Assembly (NCBI GenBank): GCA_003693705.1
Contig: RBZT01000316.1
Span: 1 to 51,526 of the forward strand
Length of the DNA stretch: 51,526 bases
Direction: 5' to 3'
Source: Polymyxa betae A26-41
Lineage: Eukaryota > Protista > Endomyxa: Phytomyxea
Below the pieces are notes generated by a model that worked only from the letters and a program-made list of their open reading frames with translations, was not told the DNA's origin and made no database searches. Position 1 is the stretch's first letter, and every line of letters begins with the position of its first letter. This document shows, piece by piece, positions 39,289 to 50,723 of the stretch. Made by a program: the position numbers and the translations under genes.

Positions 39289-41551
39289 CTATCGTAGCAC
39301 TGGACGGATGAATATGTCTTGGCAAGACATACTCAGGAATGTCAACACCACAAAATCTGGATTAACCAAGGCAATCTTCTTTAACCATTCTGAAACCAAA
39401 GTTCAGAAGTAATGAACAATTCATCTGCATTGATCACCTTTACAAGCTCCACACCTAAACTCTGGTCAGTCTTATTTTGATTGTGACAATAGAATGTATA
39501 CGGATTAATAGGGTTTTGAGCCCTGAGACGCGATGGAATCTGTTTTGCTGTTGAATGTCTCATAGTTTGAGATCTTGTAGGTCGATCTTGAAATCTCAGA
39601 TCATCCCATGCATCTGCAACTGTTGTAGGTTCTGCTGATGAAATCGATATTGATTGTGTTGTCACTGCTCAATAATTAATGTCAGTCTGTACGAAGGTGA
39701 TAACAGAACCTTGATCCCAGGACAACTCACTATCAGTATAATCCAGAGATAACGACAGAACTGCAATGGCTTTCATATCGAACCGTCGGATCGTCTTTCC
39801 ATAACGTGTGAATAACCCAGGTAAACATGATATTAAGAGTAGTTATTACTGGGTCATACGCCAGGGCGTTGCCGATAGCATTACGTTCTGCACATAAACT
39901 CCCAGTTGGCATTGACACCTAATCAGTGTCTGAATTGTGATTCTCAATAAGATGATGTTGTACCTCGATGTTGATTCCAGAATAATACACGGGGATACCA
40001 TCTGATTTGATAACTTGAAGAACGCTCAGTACAGGTTGAAACGATTTTCTCATCCAAAATTTCTTCAGTTCATTACCACCAGAGCGACATGTATTCCAGA
40101 ACTGTATCCATCACTAAAGCGTAGACGAAACTGATCGAATTACCTCTTGCTTCCTTTCGATCATTTTCTCTACTAAATCACTCAGAAGAAAAGATTGGAT
40201 ATCTGATACTGGAACAGACGGATTCGACTCGACATCGTCGAATGCCAAAAATTCGATGTCTCCAGACCAAAGCTTATTGATATTTGGCCACCCATACCTA
40301 CAGCGAATTTCCGATTAGCTTTTACCACATACTTCAAAACAGAACATACCAAAACGTTTTCACTTCGGATATGTGCAAATAATCAGGTCGAAACTGTCTG
40401 AGACTTTTGGTCTAATCAGGGACTGCTCTAAAAGAAGTCTTGTTACAGCAAACCTTGACATGAGGGCTGTAGTCCGAGCTACAGTTCCAGGTTTCAAAGC
40501 GACCATTAATGAGAAACGAGCTGGCCAATCTTCACCCAGGACCTGGGCTAGCTCGCTACGTTTAACATTGATTAAAGGTGCCAATGACTACGTTCAAGTA
40601 AATTTTGATTATGAATGCAGTGTTGCATTTCCTGCCTTTTGGATAAAATTAACATTGGCGCCAAATACAAATAAACCTGGACCAGAATCCACAACCAGAG
40701 TTTGAATACCCCTTGAAAAGTAAGCAATGCTGTCATAATTGATTACCAAATAAATCATTTAACAAGGCATTGACATGACCGACCTCATAATAAATAATCT
40801 AATGAGCTCACCTAATGCAGCAGTAGAATTCCCTCTCCAATCGTGCTCAGGTGTTCTTTTAAGTATTATAAATCGAAAACTGACTATCAATTGAAGCAAA
40901 TCCAAGTTAGTTACCTAGCAGTTCCCGATCCAGACACCAGATACAGAAATTTCTTCCTTTTGATACAGTCTGTTTCAGTAATTGCTGAGAAATGCAACCA
41001 TGCAGGTAATACTAGATAGCTGTCAATGTATAACAGCGCCGACCGAAAATATGATACTTATAGCAATTAGAGGGAAATAAACAGCGATAACTGAGACTTC
41101 AATGTTGTCCAAATCCTGCCACAATCCGCTAAAAAATTCAGCATTGAAATGGCATTACGCTTTACTTTGGACAATTCTTCGTCACGACTACGAAGCCTCC
41201 AATCCTTTAATTCACCACCAGGAATTGCTGGCGTAAACTCTATTCCGATCGGTGCAGATTCACATACCGAAGACTCGGGATGAGGTACCGACAGAATCTT
41301 ATGCTGGGACTACGAACATATAAGATCTTCCTACAACTGCTTGGAATTTTGATTTCCGAGCCAACCTGGAGAAAATGAGATTGTAATCTGGAACAGATGG
41401 AATCGAAGCTGGAATAATGGGGCCTTGCTAGGACTTTGGCCTGGTTTGATAGCTGCAGACAGACGTTGATGTCGGCATGGGTGACAACATAAGATAGGAG
41501 GGTGTATAGTGGATGGTGGAATGGTTCATAGGTCTCTAATCCTGTCACCAT
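39289..41551 (-). CDS. Cytidine-deaminase-fold protein with an N-terminal Rossmann-like (possibly CARF-like) domain
   Basis: C-terminal half: KFWMRKS..PVLSVL..YSGINIEVSMPTGSLCAERNAIG.AL and NPINPCGACKEWL.KI (CAE plus PCxxC Zn motifs). N-terminal half: KFLYLVSGSGT..NST; IQTLVVDS; FSLMVALKPGTVARTTAL. Confidence refers to the deaminase call. Confidence 0.82.
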
Positions 41552-41713
41552 TGCTGATTACAGTACCCTGACATGAATGATAGGGACTCGCAGGCACTTA
41601 CATAAAGTATTAGATACAGTAATCACTATCACTATTCTCTATATCAACGTATTCTAGATATTGATCTCCGATATATTCTATGTATATTATGATTAATGAT
41701 GCTAAACGTCTGC

Positions 41714-44700
41714 CTACGGCAATACAGATTTCATTTTGTTATCATGAGCATCTTGCCTTGTATCTGTATCCGGTTTCCCGGGTGTCGTTTTCACTGGCTG
41801 CGTTCCTGATAATTCTTTCGAGGCTATCCCTGCTTCTGTACTGGGAGCGACAACATTCCTTTTCCGAGTTAAATGTGATCTGAACGCTGTTAGTATTCGT
41901 TTCTTGGCTTGCTCTGCTTTTTCTATTCCTGAGATCCTTTGTCAGTACATTATTTCAGTTTTTTTTAACGATACGTTTTTCTACGATGTCATTGATCCTA
42001 AGAAGGTCATCGGCATGATTTTCTGTCTCTGAATTAATTTTTCGGAACATCTCCTCAAATGTAATAGTCCCTCCAAGCAGTTTCACCATCCGAACTGTTT
42101 TCACAATAGACTGAATCTTGGGCCAACCCGTTAGTTTCGCCTGAACAAACGCATCAAACGCAGTCGTGGGACTTCAATAAATTCTATGATTACTCTTCCA
42201 AGAGAATATTTCTGCATGGAAGCAGCGAAATCTGGGTAATGTTTCAACAGATGCTTAATCTGATTCTTATGCAACAATAATAATTCGCAATGTGTTAGGG
42301 CTTGCACTGAGTACTGTCTTCTGCTATTATCCAGCATACTTTTCTCACCGAAAAACCCTCCCTCTAAAACGACTTTCGGTTCAAAGAAAATCACTATTAA
42401 ACTTAATACCCTTCAGAATGAGCCGATTAGTTTTAGATCTCCCTTCGATTAAAACTTCAACGCGCCCTCGCTGAATGAAAATCATTTCTGTCCCTCTTTC
42501 TCCTTTTATGCAGATAAATTCCTTTGGAAGGTAAATCTGAGTGAAAATCAGTCATGGCAGTTACAAACGAATATTTTAAACCTTGGGTTCTAATCTACTA
42601 ATGATGGAAAGGATGCAATGTCTGCTGAGATCTTTGAACATCGGTACATTATTAATGAGTTTTTTGTTTAACGCCAAATCCAGTTTCACTTTCAAAGCTG
42701 TGTGTAGATCCTGTTGGTCATGATTGGTGATATGAAACATCTAGATGCAATCCATTTTGAAACCTCCATGAGTGGGTTGCCAGATAACGAATGTGAATAA
42801 GCGTATTCATAGTAATCAAGAATACGAGTCTGTAGACTTTTATCAACTTCCCGCTGCTGGAGAAACTGATAAATTGTCTAAAAGCAACGATGAGCTTTCT
42901 TCTCTATAATCGGCTAAGACATTACTTCTAGTTTGGCTCTTTTTTCAGCAGTTGCAGCATCTAGATTTGCCAATGCGCTTGTGGCACTACCGACGATAAA
43001 GGCATACATCAAGACTCCAGTTGCGATCACCAAAATTGTGAAAGCAGTTTGCAGGATAGTTTGGGGATTAATATCACGCCCAACACCCGATGTGGCACTC
43101 ACAGCCCAGAAGTACGCCTAAACCATTTTAACAAAATTTGGATTGAAAGATATCATTGTATACTTGGGCATATTGTGAGCTGAAATCAGCGTACTGAAAA
43201 TCAGGATCGGGAGTCCAACCATCCTTTTCAAATCCCTAAATAACTCTTTGAGTTGCTTTGTCGTAATACTACCAAACCAGTGTATACATCAACGTTACAG
43301 ACAATCCAGTAGCAGCATCCCATCCAATGCCACATTACAATTAACGCTCCGAAGTATTTACATAAACGAATCAGAGCGGGATTGCTAGCAGATGCCTAAT
43401 ACAGCCTTGAAATAGGTGTCCAAGTCAGATAACTGTCTATACCTGCATTAGGCGCTTGAAAATTCTGGACATCTTCAATACTCTGATGAGCTTAAACCCT
43501 CTCATCAGTCGTGCCATCTTATTGAAAGAGGCGGTCATTTGAAACCCAAACAAGCTCATAACTTGATCCAAAGGAACTGTGGCGATCGCATCAATCCAGA
43601 ACCATCGTTTCAAATATGCCTAAACCAATGATGTCAATTACGATATAGAACTCAGAAGCTCAGAATGTGCCTTTGCTATTGCTGTAAATCGGACTTCCAT
43701 TTGACCTTTATCATGTCCTTCCTCGATACGAAATGCAGTAAAAAAATTGAGTAGAATATCAAATCCAAACAAGCAATTGAAAGCAGTATCGACATCAGGA
43801 TTGTGAATTTGATCACCAAAAGCCTGTTGATGTTATTTGAGTTATTGAGCATGACAATGGGCTGACATAGCATACGAGATTAATGGGCGTTAGAATGCCA
43901 TAATAAATAACTAGCAGCATGATTAACAAATCCCATTTCACTCTCCATGAATTAGTCGGCAACATAATCCAAGCAGCTTTTTGAATCTGTTCCAAAAAAA
44001 TGGTTGATAGTATCGGCGAAAACATTCAAGTATTAGACAGAAATCTGTCAGCCCATTACCTCTTCGGAATCATCGACATCTTCTTCTTCGTCACTGGAAT
44101 CTTCATCATTGTCTCCAGATATATTCGTATCGATGATACGAGAATTCCTCCTCATGTTGTTAAATCGTAGATCGGCTTTCACCTGTGCACAATTCTTCGT
44201 CATCGACAAAATCTTGAAACCTTCATAAAGACCTGCTGTGCGATTTCTTGTGCATTTAGATTGTGATTTTTTCCAAGAACCTCATACCAATGTACACGTC
44301 TTTTCTCAGCTTTTTTCTATCGGAATCTTGGTGATCAACAAAGGTCTGAATGACAATCTAACCTGCTGTAGCACTACAGAAAACATAGTAACATTCTCCG
44401 GTTGACGTTTAGCTGCCTCTTCAGCTTCTAATTTCTCCTGAACATTTCCATGAGACCTTTATAGAGTTCATATAAAACAATCTTTACAGCATATTTCTCT
44501 TGTTCATCATTCATCTTCAAACTAGTTTGCCTGATGGATTTCAAATGTTCAGCGGCAGTAGAAATCTGGGATATCCAGAGCAAAATGTTTTCATGGTCTG
44601 GACGAACTGTAGACGCGTTTTTCACAGCTGATTGCACTGAAGCTTTCTGAGTAAAACTGATAATGTCATAATTGAGCAGTATTTCATACCAATAGCAGGT

Positions 44701-45195
44701 AACTTTGCTTGAGATGACGCACCTCGAACATGTCTCCTTAGTTTTTGGATATTTGCCAGAACGGACTGCGATTTATTCTCTGAGAAGCTGTTACTCGATG
44801 CAAGTGATAGAGAATTCTCATCTTCAGATAGTGGTAAAGCGGTTGCTACAACAGCCGCCTGAGCAAGATTCGGTAAAACTATAGCAGATCCCTGAATTGG
44901 CTTCAGCTGCTGGATGCTGTTCAATAGCTTCTTTCTTCGGATGGGATCTTGCAGTCCTAAGCGATTAACTTTTAATTTCTTTTCGTTTGTTTGATTGATA
45001 TGTTCAACCTAGCGATATCAAATCACTCTCATTCAGATCTAACAATCGCTTGCCAGTAATCTTCTCTCTCCGAAACCTAAGTTTCATCAGAAAATGTTTT
45101 ACCAAGACACAATAACTATTACCTGTCTTTATACCGTTCAAAAGCAATTGACTGAAGCCAATCTTGGACATGTTCTGGGCGCCATGATTGTACAT
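41714..45195 (-). CDS. SAM domain plus 6-TM cyclic-nucleotide-binding-domain channel (CNG/HCN/KCNH-like)
   Basis: SAM: FRREKITGKRLLDLNESDLISLG...RKKLLNSIQQL. Channel: WDLLIMLLVIY, YLKRWFWIDAIATVP, S4 RLMRGFKLIRVLKMSRIFKR, pore YFWAVSATSGVGRD, C-linker, CNBD FFGEKSML...R..SV.ALT.CELL.L. Confidence 0.88.
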
Positions 45196-45725
45196 CGCTG
45201 GGCAAAGGTGTTCCCGCTCCTGTCATCAATCGTCTGGGCTCAACTCCTAGATCGTTAGATGCTAAAAAGGGGGTACAGGTTCACGACCAGTATTCATACT
45301 AGTATTTGAAAGGTTCGCATCTAAGTCCATTTTCTGAGTATGGCCATAAACCATGTGATTTCAATGTTGTTTCGAAAGAATGGCACTGGACATGTGCCGT
45401 GATCATGGATGAATTCAGTTAAGAAATGAATATAGAGATGGAATGAGGAATGTTTGGCATATAGGGCTGTGAGAATTTTGATGTATATTATACTAATTCC
45501 ACTCCCTACTCCAGAGAGAATAAGAACCGATACCCCAACTAAACATTCCTGATGCGAAAAGAATAGGAACAAAGCTTAGCTTTTGAATAAAACTGAGAGC
45601 ATGTGCTGTTCTAAATGCAATACAAGATGTGTGATAATGGCTGAACGTTGTTAGACAAGATTTTGATATGACGCAGACATTGAATAGAGCGTATCATAGA
45701 TGTGAGAGGAGTCTTCATATTAAAT

Positions 45726-47044
45726 ATGCATAATAATGATGACATTACACAGTTTACCATATGGATAGGATCTTGGAATCTCAACAATAGACAGATATCA
45801 GACCCTCCTGCCAACCTCAAGACATGGATAGCTCCTGCCAATCGACAACCAGATATATATGTCATTGGACTTCAAGAGCTTCCCGATCTTGCTCTCAGCA
45901 CACTTTTTTCTGCTCCTGATGTTGACCGCTTATCACTTCAGTATCAAGAAAATATTGAGTCTGTCTTTACCACTCTCATTCCAGAAGGATATAGCCGTCT
46001 TATCGGTAATGAGTATGTACGCTTTTTCTGTTTATTGCATATCTGTAAATCATTCCGGTCAGATTTGGTGCGATGGCAGTTGATGTATTTGTGAAAGACG
46101 ATAAACGGAAATACATCAAAGAAGTGGCAACGAGAGCATATGGATTTGGAGTGCTTGGAGGATTAGGTCAGAAAGGTGCTGTTTCTGTACGATTCTCTGT
46201 ATTTGGCCATTCAATCTGTATTATATCGTGTCACCTAGCAGCTAACGAAGGCAACAAACAAACTAGAGACTGTGAGACCATATTGTTGTAATTCTGATAG
46301 GCTGAGTCGTTTTTCTAGCACAAATTGACGAGCTTTGGACCATGATGAAATATGCTGATGCCAAAGGAGAGCCGTTCTCAATATCTGGTCACGAGCATGT
46401 CGTCCTGATGGGGGATCTGAATTACCGAATGCAGGCCCCTTCTACTGTAATGATGGAGCTGCTTGAGAGAGGACAAGGCAAATTGAACTCATCTGATATT
46501 AGTCTCTATGATGAGCTTTCAGGAAGTCAAGATTCAGGACCACTTTCCAAAGGCATCATAGCTTTTTGTGTTCTGTATTATTGGTTACTGACTAGCTTTT
46601 CTCAGGATTCATTGAAATGCCTATTGAATTTCCTCCAACTTACAAATATACACCATTCTCTGATATTTTAATATTCAATGATCGTATTCCTTCATTTACA
46701 GACCGAATCCTTTTCCGGTTTGTCATATCGCCGAATGAAATGTGTCTCAACTCTGAATGCCATCCTTCAGACCTCCAGGGCCATCACTGAGATCTTCATC
46801 TGTACTTCGATGTATTTTATATGACAGTGCTCGATTATGTCAAAGTAGTGATCATAAGCCTGTAATGGCCCTGCTTGAATGGTGTATTGATCACCATGAT
46901 GCTGATCTACGACATGATGAAGAAATTCCAGAATGTTGGCCCGTTGATGTTGGCAATAGAGCTGCACAAGCTGTTATTCAGGGTGCTACTGCTGCTGTTC
47001 AGTACTCGCTGTCCTCAATTAGTCATTTTATTCAGGGATCATAG
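45726..47044 (+). CDS. Inositol polyphosphate 5-phosphatase
   Basis: IGSWNL, PDIYVIGLQE, KGAVSVRF, CHLAA, MGDLNYR, FPPTYKY, PSFTDRIL, SDHKPV. Start codon uncertain. Confidence 0.92.
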
Positions 47045-47138
47045 ATATAAAACATAGGAATTTACACAAATTGATCTTGACGATAGTTTTGATGATTGAG
47101 ATCATGTTGCAGTGTACTTTGGGTTTATCAATATATCC

Positions 47139-48438
47139 ATGACCGAGGATGTCTGGCAAGTTGCAAGTCGAGGTGATATTCGCTCTTTGCGATTACTTAT
47201 TCGTAAAGGACGGATGGAAGACATCGATCCAAATGGTAATACACCTCTCATATTAGCTGCTAAACATAATCGTCTTCCTGCTGTTAATCTGCTTCTTGAT
47301 CGGAAAGCTAATGTCAATCATGCCAATGTAGATGGAGATACAGCTATGCATGTTGCTGCTGCTGAACGAGGTTCTATCCAATATTGATTACATATAGATT
47401 AGATATCAATCAGAGAATGTAGGCATTATGCATGTTAGCATCATTCGGCGATTATTTGAAGCTGGAGCTAACATATTCGCTGTCAATTCTCTTAGAGAGA
47501 CTCCAATTTCTCTCATCATCAAAAATGTTAAATTAGCTCGACATCCAAAATTATCAGCGATTCTAGAGAAGCGAGATTCGGTGAGATACAAAAAGAGGAA
47601 AATTATCAAATCAGATGTAAGCTGAAATTGACCGATCTCTCTATCATGTTGTGATAATGGTAATCAGGCAACCAAAGGTAAGTCGCCAGCAAGAAAGCAA
47701 TCACTAAAAGGCCCAGGAGCATCTGGACGATTAGCTCAGTTGAATGCTTATGATGTCAATGGTGAAGATGTGTCATCACTTCGTCAGATTTGGGATCTTC
47801 TAGCTGGGTTATGTCGCTCGTATTTTACACATGCATATGGGATTCTCATTTAATCTATAGAAATGGGAGTCGATTAGATCCTAGTAGATTAGCTCCCATA
47901 TTTCAATTACTGAATATTCGTATGACCACTGTAAGCAGATTTTGTATCGATAATGAAATGAACGATCATATGAGATAATAATAGACTGATTATACTGTAT
48001 TTATGGATCTGCTTGATGCTGATCAGAACGGTATTGTAGATTTCGACGACTTTTATGTCTCGGTTGTAAGTTACATTTGATATGTTTCCATACGTATACT
48101 AATAAGGAGGTTGCCATTAGATGTGGAGGAAGCTGTCTGATAATCAAGAGATGTATGCAATAGATGTTCCATTTGATGCATTAGATACATGTATGGGTTC
48201 CGAGCCTCCAACTGGCATGATCTCGAGATCAAGCTATAAAGCAGCTGAAAAGCTTCTTGGTCCGATATTGTTTGCTGATAACGATCGTGATGTGAATCGA
48301 ATCTTCACCACATTGATTCCCAACTTTGCAACCCTTATCAGGATGGATGCTAATTCTGGCATTGACCGGAAATTATTCGCTAAGATCATTAGTGGCAGGC
48401 ACGAGTTTCAGACAGCAAACTCTATGAACCGAAAATAA
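47139..48438 (+). CDS. Ankyrin-repeat plus EF-hand protein
   Basis: GNTPLILAA, GDTAMHVAA and ETP ankyrin motifs; EF-hand LDADQNGIVDFDDF. Confidence 0.8.
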
Positions 48439-48540
48439 ACAAGTTGTATTCGAATGTTGGAATATGATTTCCGAATGAATTGTTATAGATAGTTTTTTGA
48501 TAGAAATGAGATGTGAATTGATTGTGTAATGTTACATGTA

Positions 48541-50257
48541 TTAAGCACGTGATCTAACAATAACTTTCTCATTATCAATATTACTCTCTCCATTAACACA
48601 ATACAATTGAATAGTATCTACAGGGGACGGAGCTTCAAAGGCCAGAAAATCACCATTCACTTCTGTCTTCACCCAAATCCCATATCCGATCGATACCAGA
48701 TTGTCACCCGCTCGACGTACTGGCCCGAGACCTTGTTGGATGGAAGTCAGTATAGACATGATGCAAACATGAACTGCAGCGGGATAACAATGAGGTGAAT
48801 AAACAATCATGACAATTAACTTGGCTCGTATAGAGAAATCTGTGATTGAATGGAGAATAACAGCCAGATGATCAGGAGATAATTGATACATATTCTTACG
48901 TACATAACTGATAAGAGTTAGCTCTAAGACAGTATTACGTTGTGATTTGGATGCAGGATGTGTAATCAATGTAATGAATACATCAGGTGATAGCTGTATA
49001 TATAACCTAATCAACCAATCGGATCTATGAACGATACAAGTGATTAACTGACCTGACAAAGATTATCACGAGGGAACATTTCAAAATGTTCAGCGACCAG
49101 GTTAACCAGAGAATCGTGACGAACATTGAGTGATAGGAAGAAAGCACCATCTTGAGGTGAGATCTGATGACGAGGATTATCTAATAATGATCGAACTAAT
49201 AGATCATGATGTTCACGTTCTGAACGATGTCGTTGAAGGTATAATGCAAGTTTTTCACTAACATAATTACCAGGAGCTAATAGACGCCTATACGAGACAT
49301 TTAAAATTGAATCTGAAACAATGGCAAAATAGGAAAATAAATTCTGGGGATTCTGAAAGATAAAGAACACTAACGGTGATCGTAATATTTCTGATAAGAA
49401 TTTGGGTGGCAAACGATCCCAGACATCATTATTGATAAATGTAAATCTACGAGCAATTCTTCGAGCACATATTTGAGCACATTCATCTGCAAGACCAAAA
49501 CACTGGGCATCGTTGAGAATATCAGCTATATTCTCAACTCCAACCATATCAGTAAGTGATGATTTGATCATATCTACTAATTGATGTAGACAGAGATAAT
49601 CAGCTAATCTCCATACAGGCATAATCAAATGCAGAGGTAATGGTGTAGAATCTGGACGAAAATACATATATGATAGAACTGATTCAGCAGCTTGTTGAAA
49701 TCTATCACGTAATTGTTCTATAGATAGACGTCGTCCTGGACATGTTGATTCTAAATCTATACTTGTACATTGATCTATTTGATCTGAGAATGATGTCGAT
49801 TGAAATATACGTGCAAGAACAGGAGATGATCGCGGACCTAGACCTAGAACATATCGATGAACATGGAATACAGCCCCAGATATCGATAATGTCCAATCCG
49901 AGAATATTCCATGCTTCCAGGGAACAGCTTCTTCAATGCAGAGATCAAACATTAAGATGTGATCTATATCGAGGTACTCAATTGAACTGATGCTTAGTAG
50001 ATATTTCATATAATCCAGTATTGTACAGAGTATCTACAAGAGATCAGGCACAGCATTATATGTTCGAGATATTTCATTAGCAGGTAACAATATGCACTAA
50101 TCAACATAAAAAGACCAAAAGGTTTCAACATTTCTGACCCCAGAAAGACCCGTTCGTCATTTGCACACAAGCTTCCTCCGCATCTGTCCTGTCTGCTCAT
50201 AGCACTCCAAATCACGACTGATTTGCCGTCTAGTGCTGAATCACAGGACTGAGCCAT
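48541..50257 (-). CDS. BTB/POZ (BACK-like) domain protein
   Basis: FSDWTL....FHVHRYVLGLGPRSS..L.RIF..VLSYMY...LADYL.L..L; following helical BACK-like segment. The start at 50257 is tentative. Confidence 0.78.
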
Positions 50258-50267
50258 GGTGTCACTA

Positions 50268-50627
50268 GGGGGTATCAAAGTTCCTGATTTTCCCGGATCG
50301 AGTTTCCGATACTCGATCCTCCTTGTAGCTAAGTTTACCCTGAGAGTAGGGGGTATCAAACATGCGCTTTCCGTAGCTTTTAACGTCTGCTTTTAAACTT
50401 TTTAAAAGTGCTTTTAACTTTGCTGTTGATGCTATAAGTCTGTGAAAAATAGGTATTTTCCGATTGTTTTTTCGCAAGTTTGCGTGGCCTCCACTTTAAA
50501 AGCGCTTTTAAAATTTAAAAGCATCTCCCGAGGTGCTTTTAAGATTAAAAAGCGCTTTTAAACCGATGCCACGTTAAATTTTAAAAGCGCTTTTAAAATT
50601 CTCCGGAACGCCAACTTTGATACCCCC
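50268..50627. mobile_element. MITE / non-autonomous PIF-Harbinger-type element
   Basis: TIR GGGGGTATCAAAGTT at 50268-50282 and its inverse at 50613-50627, both flanked by TA. Internal second TIR copy at 50349. AT-rich, no credible ORF. Same TIR core as the adjacent transposase element. Confidence 0.85.
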
Positions 50628-50723
50628 TAGTGAGGCCGTTGCAAAGAGAAGATTTTAAATGGCCAAACTTAGAAGAAATCAGAAGTGAACAAAATATGTG
50701 GCTCAATACAGAAGATTTTATTA

